Shown in pieces: positions 17,034 to 24,452 of a DNA stretch of 32,927 nt (its first letter is position 1; the number at the start of each line of letters is the position of its first letter). Under the pieces are notes generated by a model. It did not search any database, had not been told where the DNA came from, and saw only the letters and a list, made by a program, of their open reading frames with translations. Source of the DNA: Christensenellaceae bacterium (GTDB lineage: Bacteria; Bacillota; Clostridia; Christensenellales; Borkfalkiaceae); the NCBI GenBank assembly GCA_045647825.1, contig JAZRMS010000049.1, positions 1 through 32,927 on the forward strand, given 5' to 3'. Both the position numbers and the translations under genes were made by a program.

Positions 17034-17573
17034 CTACTCCTTTATCTCAACTCCGTATTGCTTTGCTGACGCTATAACATTGTTTTTAACAATGCTAAGT
17101 TCACACTCTTTCGTGCTCCAATAATTAGCAAGTGCTTGTTTACCTTTTTCTTTGTAAAATTGCTCTCTTTCTATACAATGTTTTCTGCGTGCTTCTGTCT
17201 TACTGTATAACTCTTGCAAAATCTCTCTTGCCGTTTCCTTGCGTTCTTGTTCCATAATCTGTCGTGCAGTAGTTAGTGTAAATATTGATAACCTTTCATA
17301 CTCTTCCTTACTAATAACTATTTTTCCGTCTTTTTCTAAATCGGCAATAGCGTCAAATTTGCCTTGCTTATACATTTCTTTGAGAAGTTTTTGTTTTTCT
17401 TCCTTGCTAATAACAATCTCGTTATCGTTGATTTTGGGTTGATAGAAGTCAATAAGTTTCTGTGCTATCCAATAGCCTTCGCCCCTGTTCATAGAGCCAA
17501 GATAATTCCTTGCTTCAAGCAATCTATCATCTATGAGTTTCGCCATTTCTAAAATTTGCTTTTCTTTATCCAT
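17034..17573 (-). CDS. Hypothetical coiled-coil protein
   Basis: 179-aa ORF with RBS gaggagaaaaaaATG. Confidence 0.6.
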   Translation of the reverse strand: MDKEKQILEMAKLIDDRLLEARNYLGSMNRGEGYWIAQKLIDFYQPKINDNEIVISKEEKQKLLKEMYKQGKFDAIADLEKDGKIVISKEEYERLSIFTLTTARQIMEQERKETAREILQELYSKTEARRKHCIEREQFYKEKGKQALANYWSTKECELSIVKNNVIASAKQYGVEIKE

Positions 17574-17598
17574 TTTTTTCTCCTCAAACTCGTGTAAT

Positions 17599-18765
17599 TT
17601 ATATCATTTGGCTAAATATTGCCATTAAAACATTTACAACAATACTATTTCCTGCTTGCTTATACAACTGTGCATTTGACATACCCACTGCAATCGCATT
17701 ATCTATATCTTTGTCTTCAAAACCCATTAAACGCCAACATTCTTTTGGTGTTAATTTGCGTATGGTTAAATCAGGATATATAATTTTAACTCCGTTTCCT
17801 TTTGCCTCGTTACCACAATTTGTTGTCAATGTGTTTATAGCACTTTGGTCTGCTTTTACTCTATGATTATAATCGTCAAAAATAATAGGTTTATTAAACT
17901 TAACGCAAACACCCAAACAGTCACAACGTGTATCTAAAGTAGGGCATAATTTATCTTTGCTTTCAGTTGTTGACATATTTTCAACGCCATTATCAAGCCT
18001 ACTATGAGTATATGAGTGTCTTATAACATCTCCTTCTTCCGCTAAACCATTTTTTATTAAAATATCACAAAGTTCATTTTTTAATGGTATTGAATCAAGA
18101 AAATACTTCTCATCAACTTCCTTTTCAAGCATATCTTTAAGCCGTAAAGTCAACGGTATTGTTTTAGGAAACTCATAGTAATAATCGCCTAAAATACTAA
18201 CCATAAAGCACCTTTCTCGGTTTTGTGGTATTCCATAGTCTTTTGCATTAAGCACTTGCCACTTGTTTTTATAGCCTAATTTTTCAAGTTTTCCTATCAA
18301 TTTTGCAAAGTGCTGAATATTGTTTTGACCGATTACTTGTGGCACGTTTTCCATAAGCAATATACTTGGGAGTTGGCTGCACTCATCTAAAAGCCTTTCG
18401 ACTTCCCATAACAAACCAGACCTTGTTCCACTACCTTTTGCCATACCTTTGCCTAACCCTGCGTTTGATAAATCTTGACAAGGGAACGAGTAGGTCATTA
18501 TATAGCAATATTTATCGGTGTCAACTATTCCTAAATCGTCTGCCGTTATTTTAGTGATGTCGCTTGTTTCAAAGTTAGTTCCGTGAACTGCGTTATAACT
18601 TGCAACTGCATACTTGTCAAATTCGCAAATACGATAATGATAAAAAGCAACACCTAAATTCTTTAATGCCTTTGCTTGACTGCCTATTCCTGCAAACAAC
18701 TCAATTAGACGTATAGGCTTATCTATCTTAAACTCTTTTTTTCCGTCAAATAATGATATTTGCAT
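17599..18765 (-). CDS. DNA (cytosine-5)-methyltransferase with no partner endonuclease in the genome
   Basis: Motif I ELFAGIGS, IV FPCQDLS, VI MENVPQ, VIII PQNRERCF, IX TPKECWRLMGF and X AGNSIVVNV are present in canonical order. Confidence 0.92.
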   Translation of the reverse strand: MQISLFDGKKEFKIDKPIRLIELFAGIGSQAKALKNLGVAFYHYRICEFDKYAVASYNAVHGTNFETSDITKITADDLGIVDTDKYCYIMTYSFPCQDLSNAGLGKGMAKGSGTRSGLLWEVERLLDECSQLPSILLMENVPQVIGQNNIQHFAKLIGKLEKLGYKNKWQVLNAKDYGIPQNRERCFMVSILGDYYYEFPKTIPLTLRLKDMLEKEVDEKYFLDSIPLKNELCDILIKNGLAEEGDVIRHSYTHSRLDNGVENMSTTESKDKLCPTLDTRCDCLGVCVKFNKPIIFDDYNHRVKADQSAINTLTTNCGNEAKGNGVKIIYPDLTIRKLTPKECWRLMGFEDKDIDNAIAVGMSNAQLYKQAGNSIVVNVLMAIFSQMI

Positions 18766-18891
18766 ATTAAATTTTACCTCTCTTTTCCTATATAACCCCT
18801 TAGAAAAGGGGCGGTCTTTTCTGTATACTTACCAGGAGTTTTGCAATGAGTTTGATATATAAACACGCCCCGCCCAAACGTATTTACCACT

Positions 18892-19545
18892 TTAATATTT
18901 TCGATTTTTTATGTTTTCGCAAATCCTAGCGTATTCTTCGTCAGTCATTTCGCTAAACTTTTTACCTTCAAGCTTCGAAACCTGAGTTAAAACTGCTTGC
19001 CATTGAGTGCTAACTAATTCTGTATAATATTCCGCACCTAACTTCATAAGTTCCACCTGTCTTTGAGCCTTTATTTCGGCAACAGAAGGAGTTTTAACAT
19101 TTACCCCTTGTTCAGGGAAAGGCAACTCGTTTTTAGGCTTTTCAACCTTTTTAACAGGTTGACCTTGCGTTGCATTAAGGCTATCGTTCTCAGCAATATC
19201 AAACATTGCTTGGTAAAGGTAACGTCTTTGATAGGTCTCAACTGCACCTACCATTTGAACGTCGTGGCAACCTTTAAGGTCAGCTTTTGAAAACGGTGAC
19301 GTTATCGTAAAACGTTCCTCCGTGTTATCAAAGTTGATAGCTGTAAGCGATGCCGTTTCGCTTGTAAAAGACGGTATAGCCGTCATTCTATATTTAAGCA
19401 TTAACTCGTTCAGAGTTTTGGTAAAGTCTGCAAGCTCAAAATATTCATACTTAGCGAAAGAGTTTTTACCCGTCATTTTAAGATTAGAGTTAGCAAGCTC
19501 TATTCTTACGTTTTGCAATTTTTCAAATAAGTTCATTTTTTCCAT
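18892..19545 (-). CDS. erf: ERF-family single-strand annealing recombinase
   Basis: KYEYFELADF ... GAVETYQRRYLYQAMFDI matches the conserved ERF core (G-x-x-x-T-Y-x-R-R-Y). It lies in the same block as ssb. Confidence 0.7.
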   Translation of the reverse strand: MEKMNLFEKLQNVRIELANSNLKMTGKNSFAKYEYFELADFTKTLNELMLKYRMTAIPSFTSETASLTAINFDNTEERFTITSPFSKADLKGCHDVQMVGAVETYQRRYLYQAMFDIAENDSLNATQGQPVKKVEKPKNELPFPEQGVNVKTPSVAEIKAQRQVELMKLGAEYYTELVSTQWQAVLTQVSKLEGKKFSEMTDEEYARICENIKNRKY

Positions 19546-19557
19546 TTCCTGTTCTCC

Positions 19558-20244
19558 TTAAATTCTCTTGCCTGTGTAGGCATAATGTATATTTTTATTT
19601 GCTCTATGCTCTTTCTTTATTGCATAGATAATTTCTTTTTGTCTATCCGTTCCAAACTCTTCTATAGAGTCTGCAAGACTATACAGTGCAATTTCTCTTC
19701 TTATGTTGCGTTCTGTAGCATAATCGCAAACGCAAGCTATTAAGTCAATATACGTTTCTTTGCCCTTTAAATAGCTATCGTAGAACTCTTTACGTCTTGC
19801 AAAGGCTTGCTCTTCCTTGTCTCTTAAAAAAGCTTCTACACGTTTTTCAACAAGTTTTTTAGCCTTGCCAAAACACTCTTTAGCCTTGTCTTTTTCGCCT
19901 GCTCCTTCAAGCAATCTGCCTTCTAAGAGTAACGCATCTTCTTCTTTAAGACTTTCGCTAAGCTCAAACAAGTTCTCAAGCAAGAAAAAGTAAACACTCT
20001 TATCTCTTGTTACTGACCATACTGCATTTTCAACAAAGTCAAGTAATTGCTTTATATCGCCTAAAAACTCGTAAAGACTAGGCTCAAATTTTGTTTTAGC
20101 AAAACCCCACTTGCTTAGATATTCTTTTTTGCTATCAAAATACTCAAGCTCAAGTTCTCTTGCCGTCTTACCGGTCCAATCGATATAACCGTAGTCATAC
20201 ACTTTAACGTAAACTCTTCCACTTTTAGCTCTAAACAAATACAT
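19558..20244 (-). CDS. Hypothetical protein
   Basis: 228-aa ORF whose ATG overlaps the upstream stop (ATTA/ATG junction at 20244). Confidence 0.6.
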   Translation of the reverse strand: MYLFRAKSGRVYVKVYDYGYIDWTGKTARELELEYFDSKKEYLSKWGFAKTKFEPSLYEFLGDIKQLLDFVENAVWSVTRDKSVYFFLLENLFELSESLKEEDALLLEGRLLEGAGEKDKAKECFGKAKKLVEKRVEAFLRDKEEQAFARRKEFYDSYLKGKETYIDLIACVCDYATERNIRREIALYSLADSIEEFGTDRQKEIIYAIKKEHRANKNIHYAYTGKRI

Positions 20245-20537
20245 TATTCCTTCTCCCCGTAAAGCTCTTCAAGGTCTAAACCCCACTTTAAAGCCGTTTC
20301 GTTAAACATTTCAGACAACTTAAGCGCAATCATTAAATTACTCGTTAAAGCTATCATTTTGTCGGCTAAACCGTCTTTCTCTTCCTTCTTAGCTTCTAAG
20401 TATGCTTGACCTACCTTGTCACGTTCCTTGTTGGTCTTACAAATAAAGCCCTTAAGACGTTCCTTATACTCTAAGATAATGTTTACGTCTTTACTGCAAT
20501 TCTTTTTTAAGTCTTTAATAATCTCTGCGTTAGTCAT
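20244..20537 (-). CDS. Hypothetical protein
   Basis: 97-aa ORF. Confidence 0.6.
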   Translation of the reverse strand: MTNAEIIKDLKKNCSKDVNIILEYKERLKGFICKTNKERDKVGQAYLEAKKEEKDGLADKMIALTSNLMIALKLSEMFNETALKWGLDLEELYGEKE

Positions 20538-20548
20538 ATCTCTACCTC

Positions 20549-20650
20549 TTAACCTATAACCTTAAGCAGAACAATTAAACCTGCCAAAAAGCTGATATAA
20601 AACGCTTCTTCTAATATAAACTTAATTGCTTTCTTCACTTTGTATTTCAT
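20549..20650 (-). CDS. Possible 33-aa single-TM micro-protein
   Basis: Sequence MKYKVKKAIKFILEEAFYISFLAGLIVLLKVIG. The RBS aaggagaaaaagggga-ATG overlaps the upstream stop codon. Confidence 0.4.
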   Translation of the reverse strand: MKYKVKKAIKFILEEAFYISFLAGLIVLLKVIG

Positions 20651-20664
20651 TCCCCTTTTTCTCC

Positions 20665-21621
20665 TTAAAAACCTATATCTTCTTCAACTAAGAGCATCTG
20701 CCCTTCCTTGAGCATTCTATAATTCTTTCCGTTTAACTCTATTGCAAAGTTGTTCAAACCACCCGTAAACTCGCTTATTCTTCCACCGACAACTTGATTG
20801 AGGTTAAACAACTCTTTCAAATTATAGTTAGAACTCATTAACGTTTTTAAGCCCCTTATTGACCTTTCGTCTAGAATTTCCTTTGCTACCTTCCATTCGG
20901 CAGGTGACGGTTGTTTTTGTTCCTCATTCCACAAAATATCGTCTATAAGTAAAACCTCACTATATTTAAGCTTGTTCATTCGCTTTTTAAATGCTACAGG
21001 GTCGCTAAACCTTTCTGCATTGAGAGAGCTGTATTCATTCTCCCATTTCACGAACTCTCCAACGTAGCCTTGTTGAACGAGTTTATAATATACTGCAACC
21101 GTCAAGTGGCTTTTTCCCGTTCCGGTAGTTCCACCTATATATAAAAACGGATATTTGTTTTGCTTTAAAAACTTTCTTGCTTGCGATAATGCGTATCTGT
21201 GTTGGTCGTCTTCGCAGTTAAAGTTATCAAACGTCTTGCTTGTGATATACTCTTCATACTCACTAAGCTTTAAACACTCTTTCGCTCTTCTCTGCGCCAT
21301 ACACGAGCATTCTTTCTGCCATTCGTAACCGTTAGTGTAACCTACTATATAGCCTTTATTTCGACAAATTTTACAATCGCCACCTTCTAAGTTGCCTTCT
21401 TTCAAATTCTCGCTTAAAACTGCGTAACGTTTCCATTCTTCGTAGTCTAGGTCACAAGAAGGCTTACCAATTATTCTCTCTGCCTCGCTTGCGTGATATA
21501 TCATATAGTCTTCACGCTCTTTAGCCGTTGCCGTTCCTCTCATAAGCTTTGCATATAAGGTCAAGCCTGGAGAAAGCTTTTCTCCTACTAATTCTAAATT
21601 GCCTACTAACTTACTTAACAT
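20665..21621 (-). CDS. DnaC/IstB-like AAA+ helicase loader (318 aa)
   Basis: Walker A GGTTGTGKSHL, Walker B LLIDDI, and an N-terminal CKICRNKG...CSC Zn-ribbon-like element. Start ATG 21621 is chosen because it gives a 7-nt overlap with the upstream stop, against 88 nt for the track start. Confidence 0.8.
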   Translation of the reverse strand: MLSKLVGNLELVGEKLSPGLTLYAKLMRGTATAKEREDYMIYHASEAERIIGKPSCDLDYEEWKRYAVLSENLKEGNLEGGDCKICRNKGYIVGYTNGYEWQKECSCMAQRRAKECLKLSEYEEYITSKTFDNFNCEDDQHRYALSQARKFLKQNKYPFLYIGGTTGTGKSHLTVAVYYKLVQQGYVGEFVKWENEYSSLNAERFSDPVAFKKRMNKLKYSEVLLIDDILWNEEQKQPSPAEWKVAKEILDERSIRGLKTLMSSNYNLKELFNLNQVVGGRISEFTGGLNNFAIELNGKNYRMLKEGQMLLVEEDIGF

Positions 21622-21863
21622 ATCCTTAACCCCCTGTAAAAACCTTGTAACATTCCTTTTGCGTAGTCCATATTCATATTTGGGTAATAACTGCCAAAAC
21701 ACAAAAGCATTATTGCTTTACTTTTATTCAAGCATCTAACTTCAACAGACTTGTCTTTTTCTATGATTTCAAAGTCAACTGTAAACGTGCTAGATATATC
21801 TGTTTTTACATAAGCTTTTAGCTCATTAACAAACTCTTGAGCTTCTTGTAAATATTGTTCCAT
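21615..21863 (-). CDS. Hypothetical protein (82 aa)
   Basis: Internal ATG 21863 is preceded by aaaggaaataggga. The track start at 21902 lies inside a GC-rich hairpin. Confidence 0.55.
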   Translation of the reverse strand: MEQYLQEAQEFVNELKAYVKTDISSTFTVDFEIIEKDKSVEVRCLNKSKAIMLLCFGSYYPNMNMDYAKGMLQGFYRGLRIC

Positions 21864-21965
21864 TTCCCTATTTCCTTTAGTTTTTTTGGGGAGAAATTGC
21901 ACCGTCCCCCCCGTCGGTGTTCGGGAGTGTTAGACCCTTATATTTAGTTTGTGTGGCAACCTAAG

Positions 21966-22733
21966 TTATGCAGTTTCCCTTTTATACTGCTCTATCGATA
22001 TAGGCAAGTCACCTTCTTGCACGTAGTCAAGGTCAAGCCCTAAAAAGCAAGCTACACCAGAGTCAAAGCCCCATTCGTGACTACTCTTTTTAATAATCTC
22101 AAGGTTTTTCTTACGCTTTTTATCGTATTCGCTTTCTTCTTTAGGCTCTTCTTCTTTAGCCTTATAAGTAGCCTTGTCTTTATACTCTCCAGCAATTATC
22201 TTTTGGTAGTTATTAACAACCCACCTTAAAGACTTAATCTCGGTTTTAAGCCATTTGCTTTCGCCCCAAGCCTTTAACACTTTCTTAAAGTCTAAATCTC
22301 TAACAACTGTCAAAGAAGAGATATCTGGTTTAATCTCGTAAAGGTCTATAAAACTTTCAAAAAAAGCTGACGACTTTTCTTTTTCTTCTTTTTCTTTTAA
22401 ATTAAAATCTTTATATTTATCTTCATATTTATCTTTATATTTATATGCTTGCTCTTCGCTTTCGTTTGGCTTGCTCTTCGCTTGCTCTTCGCTTTCGTTT
22501 GGCTTTGTTGCCTTTGTTTTTGGCTTGCACCCGTTTTTATAGTTTTTAATACCACTATCTAAAGAGGGTTTAACAAGTGTAAATAAAGCTTTCTCAACGC
22601 CTTGTAACGTTGGCTCTGTTTCGTTTAACGCATAATCGCATATCGCTCTAAAGACTTTTGCAAATTGTTCGTCTTCTAGGTCTTTTATTGCATCGTAGAA
22701 ACTTCGATAAAAAATAAACGTTCCTCTTTCCAT
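21966..22733 (-). CDS. Putative replication initiator/replisome organizer
   Basis: The N-terminal FIFYRSFYDAIKDLEDEQFAKVFRAICDYALNETEP resembles phage replisome-organizer (DUF6291-type) N-domains. It has a K/E low-complexity linker with tandem repeats and sits directly upstream of the DnaC-like loader. Confidence 0.5.
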   Translation of the reverse strand: MERGTFIFYRSFYDAIKDLEDEQFAKVFRAICDYALNETEPTLQGVEKALFTLVKPSLDSGIKNYKNGCKPKTKATKPNESEEQAKSKPNESEEQAYKYKDKYEDKYKDFNLKEKEEKEKSSAFFESFIDLYEIKPDISSLTVVRDLDFKKVLKAWGESKWLKTEIKSLRWVVNNYQKIIAGEYKDKATYKAKEEEPKEESEYDKKRKKNLEIIKKSSHEWGFDSGVACFLGLDLDYVQEGDLPISIEQYKRETA

Positions 22734-22735
22734 AA

Positions 22736-22951
22736 TTACACCGCCTGTGATTGTCTTTTCGTTTCTAGAATTGCATCAATCACAACTGAGCAATTTACCT
22801 CACATAGGTCGGCTATTTGCTTTATGTATTCTGGGTTTGGTTGAGTTTTTCCATTCAGCCAATAATTAACAACTGCCGAACTTGTTTTTAATTCTCTAGC
22901 TAACGAAGAGCCGTTAAACCTTTTTGTTTTTAATAACTCTCTTAAATTCAT
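22736..22951 (-). CDS. Cro-like/Aca-like small HTH regulator
   Basis: 71 aa. The XRE-type HTH reads GSSLARELKTSSAVVNYWLNGKTQP. It is the third gene of the leftward early operon. Confidence 0.65.
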   Translation of the reverse strand: MNLRELLKTKRFNGSSLARELKTSSAVVNYWLNGKTQPNPEYIKQIADLCEVNCSVVIDAILETKRQSQAV

Positions 22952-22960
22952 TTTTTCTCC

Positions 22961-23137
22961 TTATAAAGCTCCAACAGATGCCAAATATCTACCGTATTGT
23001 CTTAAAGCATCTTCAAGCTCTTTTCTATGTTTTTTCTCTTCTTCTTCGGTGCGAATAGGTTTGTAAATTGTAACCTTTACACCTGGTATGCCTTTGCATT
23101 CGTGCTTTGTATATTTAGAGGTATCAATATCAATCAT
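22961..23137 (-). CDS. Small early ORF (58 aa) below the track threshold
   Basis: Sequence MIDIDTSKYTKHECKGIPGVKVTIYKPIRTEEEEKKHRKELEDALRQYGRYLASVGAL. An AGGAG lies in the upstream gene's 3' end. The ORF fills the 188-nt gap. Confidence 0.5.
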   Translation of the reverse strand: MIDIDTSKYTKHECKGIPGVKVTIYKPIRTEEEEKKHRKELEDALRQYGRYLASVGAL

Positions 23138-23139
23138 AA

Positions 23140-23337
23140 TTATTTACTCTCCTTTTTAACGTAATATTGTATTTCTTTATAATATCCGCATTGCTCTTCA
23201 ACGTATTCAATATTGAAAAGCGCACTAGTTACTTTTCCTTTATTGCCTGTAAATTCCCAAGCGCTGCAACTTCTAATTTCACAATCTTTATGCTCTCTCT
23301 TAAATTGTCTAATTGCTTTTACCATTAACTCTTCCAT
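23140..23337 (-). CDS. First early gene, 65-aa hypothetical protein
   Basis: RBS aaaaggagaaacggaaATG, directly downstream of the leftward promoter and operators. Confidence 0.6.
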   Translation of the reverse strand: MEELMVKAIRQFKREHKDCEIRSCSAWEFTGNKGKVTSALFNIEYVEEQCGYYKEIQYYVKKESK

Positions 23338-23355
23338 TTCCGTTTCTCCTTTTTT

Positions 23356-23370
23356 ACAAGGTTTCCTTGT
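23356..23370. promoter_or_regulatory. Operator O1: perfect 15-bp palindrome ACAAGGTTTCCTTGT
   Basis: Perfect dyad located in the leader of the leftward early transcript. Confidence 0.6.
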
Positions 23371-23382
23371 TTTCTTGTATCT

Positions 23383-23411
23383 ATCTTAACAAACTTAACT
23401 TGTATTGTCAA
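23383..23411 (-). promoter_or_regulatory. Leftward early (lytic) promoter TTGACA-17-TAAGAT
   Basis: On the minus strand the -35 TTGACA is at 23411..23406 and the -10 TAAGAT at 23388..23383, with a 17-nt spacer. Confidence 0.7.
23389..23403. promoter_or_regulatory. Operator O2: ACAAACTTAACTTGT
   Basis: ACAA-N7-TTGT dyad that fills the spacer of the leftward promoter. Confidence 0.5.
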
Positions 23412-23418
23412 GCATTTT

Positions 23419-23433
23419 ACAAAAAAAACTTGT
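23419..23433. promoter_or_regulatory. Operator O3: ACAAAAAAAACTTGT
   Basis: ACAA-N7-TTGT dyad that overlaps the -35 of the rightward repressor promoter. Confidence 0.5.
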
Positions 23434-23458
23434 AATTTTTTAAAAAATTTTTTATAAT
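23430..23458 (+). promoter_or_regulatory. Rightward repressor promoter TTGTAA-17-TATAAT
   Basis: -35 at 23430..23435 and -10 at 23453..23458, with a 17-nt T6A6T5 spacer. The track's ATG 23457 lies inside the -10 hexamer. Confidence 0.7.
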
Positions 23459-23480
23459 GGTTAAAAAAAGGGGGGGTATT

Positions 23481-23810
23481 ATGCAAGTTTTAAAAGAGTT
23501 ACGTAAATTTACAAAGAAAACTCAACAACAAGTAGCCAACGACTTAAGTATAGTTCAACAAAAATACCAACAGTATGAAAGTGGCAAATATCAGCCTGAC
23601 AATGAAATGCTTTTAAAAATAGCAAATTACTTCAATGTGTCGGTAGATTATTTGCTAGGCAGAACGGAAGATAGGCAAGAAGTTACGGTCAAAGAAAAAA
23701 GCCTGTCCAATAACGAACAAGCTTTACTCGATTTGTTTAACAAAGTGCCTATTGACCAACAGGCTCTTGTTCTTTCAATGATTGAGGTTGCTTTAAAAAG
23801 TTTGAAATAA
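23481..23810 (+). CDS. CI-like XRE-family repressor (109 aa, no S24 peptidase domain)
   Basis: The HTH reads KKTQQQVANDLSIVQQKYQQYESGKYQPDNEMLLKIANYFNVSVDYLLG. ATG 23481 is preceded by an A7G7 RBS. The gene is divergent from the early operon. Confidence 0.8.
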   Translation: MQVLKELRKFTKKTQQQVANDLSIVQQKYQQYESGKYQPDNEMLLKIANYFNVSVDYLLGRTEDRQEVTVKEKSLSNNEQALLDLFNKVPIDQQALVLSMIEVALKSLK

Positions 23811-23892
23811 CTTCAACAGCAACTAAAAGTGCTTTAGTTGGGTCTGCGCTTTCACGAATAAGGTTAATTAAAGTTTCTTGGTTTTGTGTCAT
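23749..23892 (-). CDS. Antisense 47-aa ORF overlapping the repressor 3' end
   Basis: Sequence MTQNQETLINLIRESADPTKALLVAVEVISNFLKQPQSLKEQEPVGQ. It has RBS aaaaaggagaaatcattatATG and its own promoter upstream. It overlaps 62 nt of the repressor CDS on the opposite strand. Confidence 0.5.
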   Translation of the reverse strand: MTQNQETLINLIRESADPTKALLVAVEVISNFLKQPQSLKEQEPVGQ

Positions 23893-23927
23893 ATAATGAT
23901 TTCTCCTTTTTTATAATTTGTGAGAAT

Positions 23928-23956
23928 ATTATAATGTGGCATTTTTGCAAAATCAA
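23928..23956 (-). promoter_or_regulatory. Leftward promoter TTGATT-17-TATAAT upstream of the 47-aa ORF
   Basis: On the minus strand the -35 is at 23956..23951 and the -10 at 23933..23928, with a 17-nt spacer. Confidence 0.5.
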
Positions 23957-24029
23957 TACCCAACTTTAGCAACCTTATACCCAAATTCAACACTTAAATA
24001 AGCTATAATTTTACTTAGGAGAGACAAAA

Positions 24030-24437
24030 ATGTGGATAGACAAACTTATTGAACTGAAAAAAAAGTCTGGTTATTCTTCAAAACAAATAGCAGAAGGGAC
24101 ATTTATGCCAGAACGAACGGTATCACGTATCTTTGCAAAAGAAACAAACGGACCTTCTATAACAACTTTAATACCTATAATTAACTTTTTAGGGGGGTCT
24201 TTAGACGAATTATTTGCCGATACCGATGCAGTAATTGGTAATAAAAAGTTTGCCGATTTGCAAGTCAAATGCGACCTTGTAACAGCCGAAAAAGACCTAT
24301 TAACTACCGAAAATGCCATATTAAAAGACCAAATAATCAGCTTGAACGCTAAAATTGAGCTTTTAGAGTTAAAACTTATGTTCAAAGAAGAATTACTAGC
24401 AGTTCACAATTACTACACTAAACTAGGCTCTAAATAA
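24030..24437 (+). CDS. HTH plus coiled-coil protein co-transcribed with the integrase
   Basis: 135 aa. N-terminal HTH YSSKQIAEGTFMPERTVSRIFAKE, C-terminal leucine-zipper-like coil, RBS taggagagacaaaaATG. Confidence 0.65.
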   Translation: MWIDKLIELKKKSGYSSKQIAEGTFMPERTVSRIFAKETNGPSITTLIPIINFLGGSLDELFADTDAVIGNKKFADLQVKCDLVTAEKDLLTTENAILKDQIISLNAKIELLELKLMFKEELLAVHNYYTKLGSK

Positions 24438-24452
24438 AAGGAGTGTGATATT

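Noticed and set aside
23986-24009. Independent sigma-A promoter for the 24030 HTH/integrase operon (TATAAT at 24004..24009)
   Set aside because: The -10 is good, but there is no acceptable -35 at a 16-18 nt spacing and no TG extension. Read-through from the repressor promoter is equally plausible, so I did not list it as a feature.
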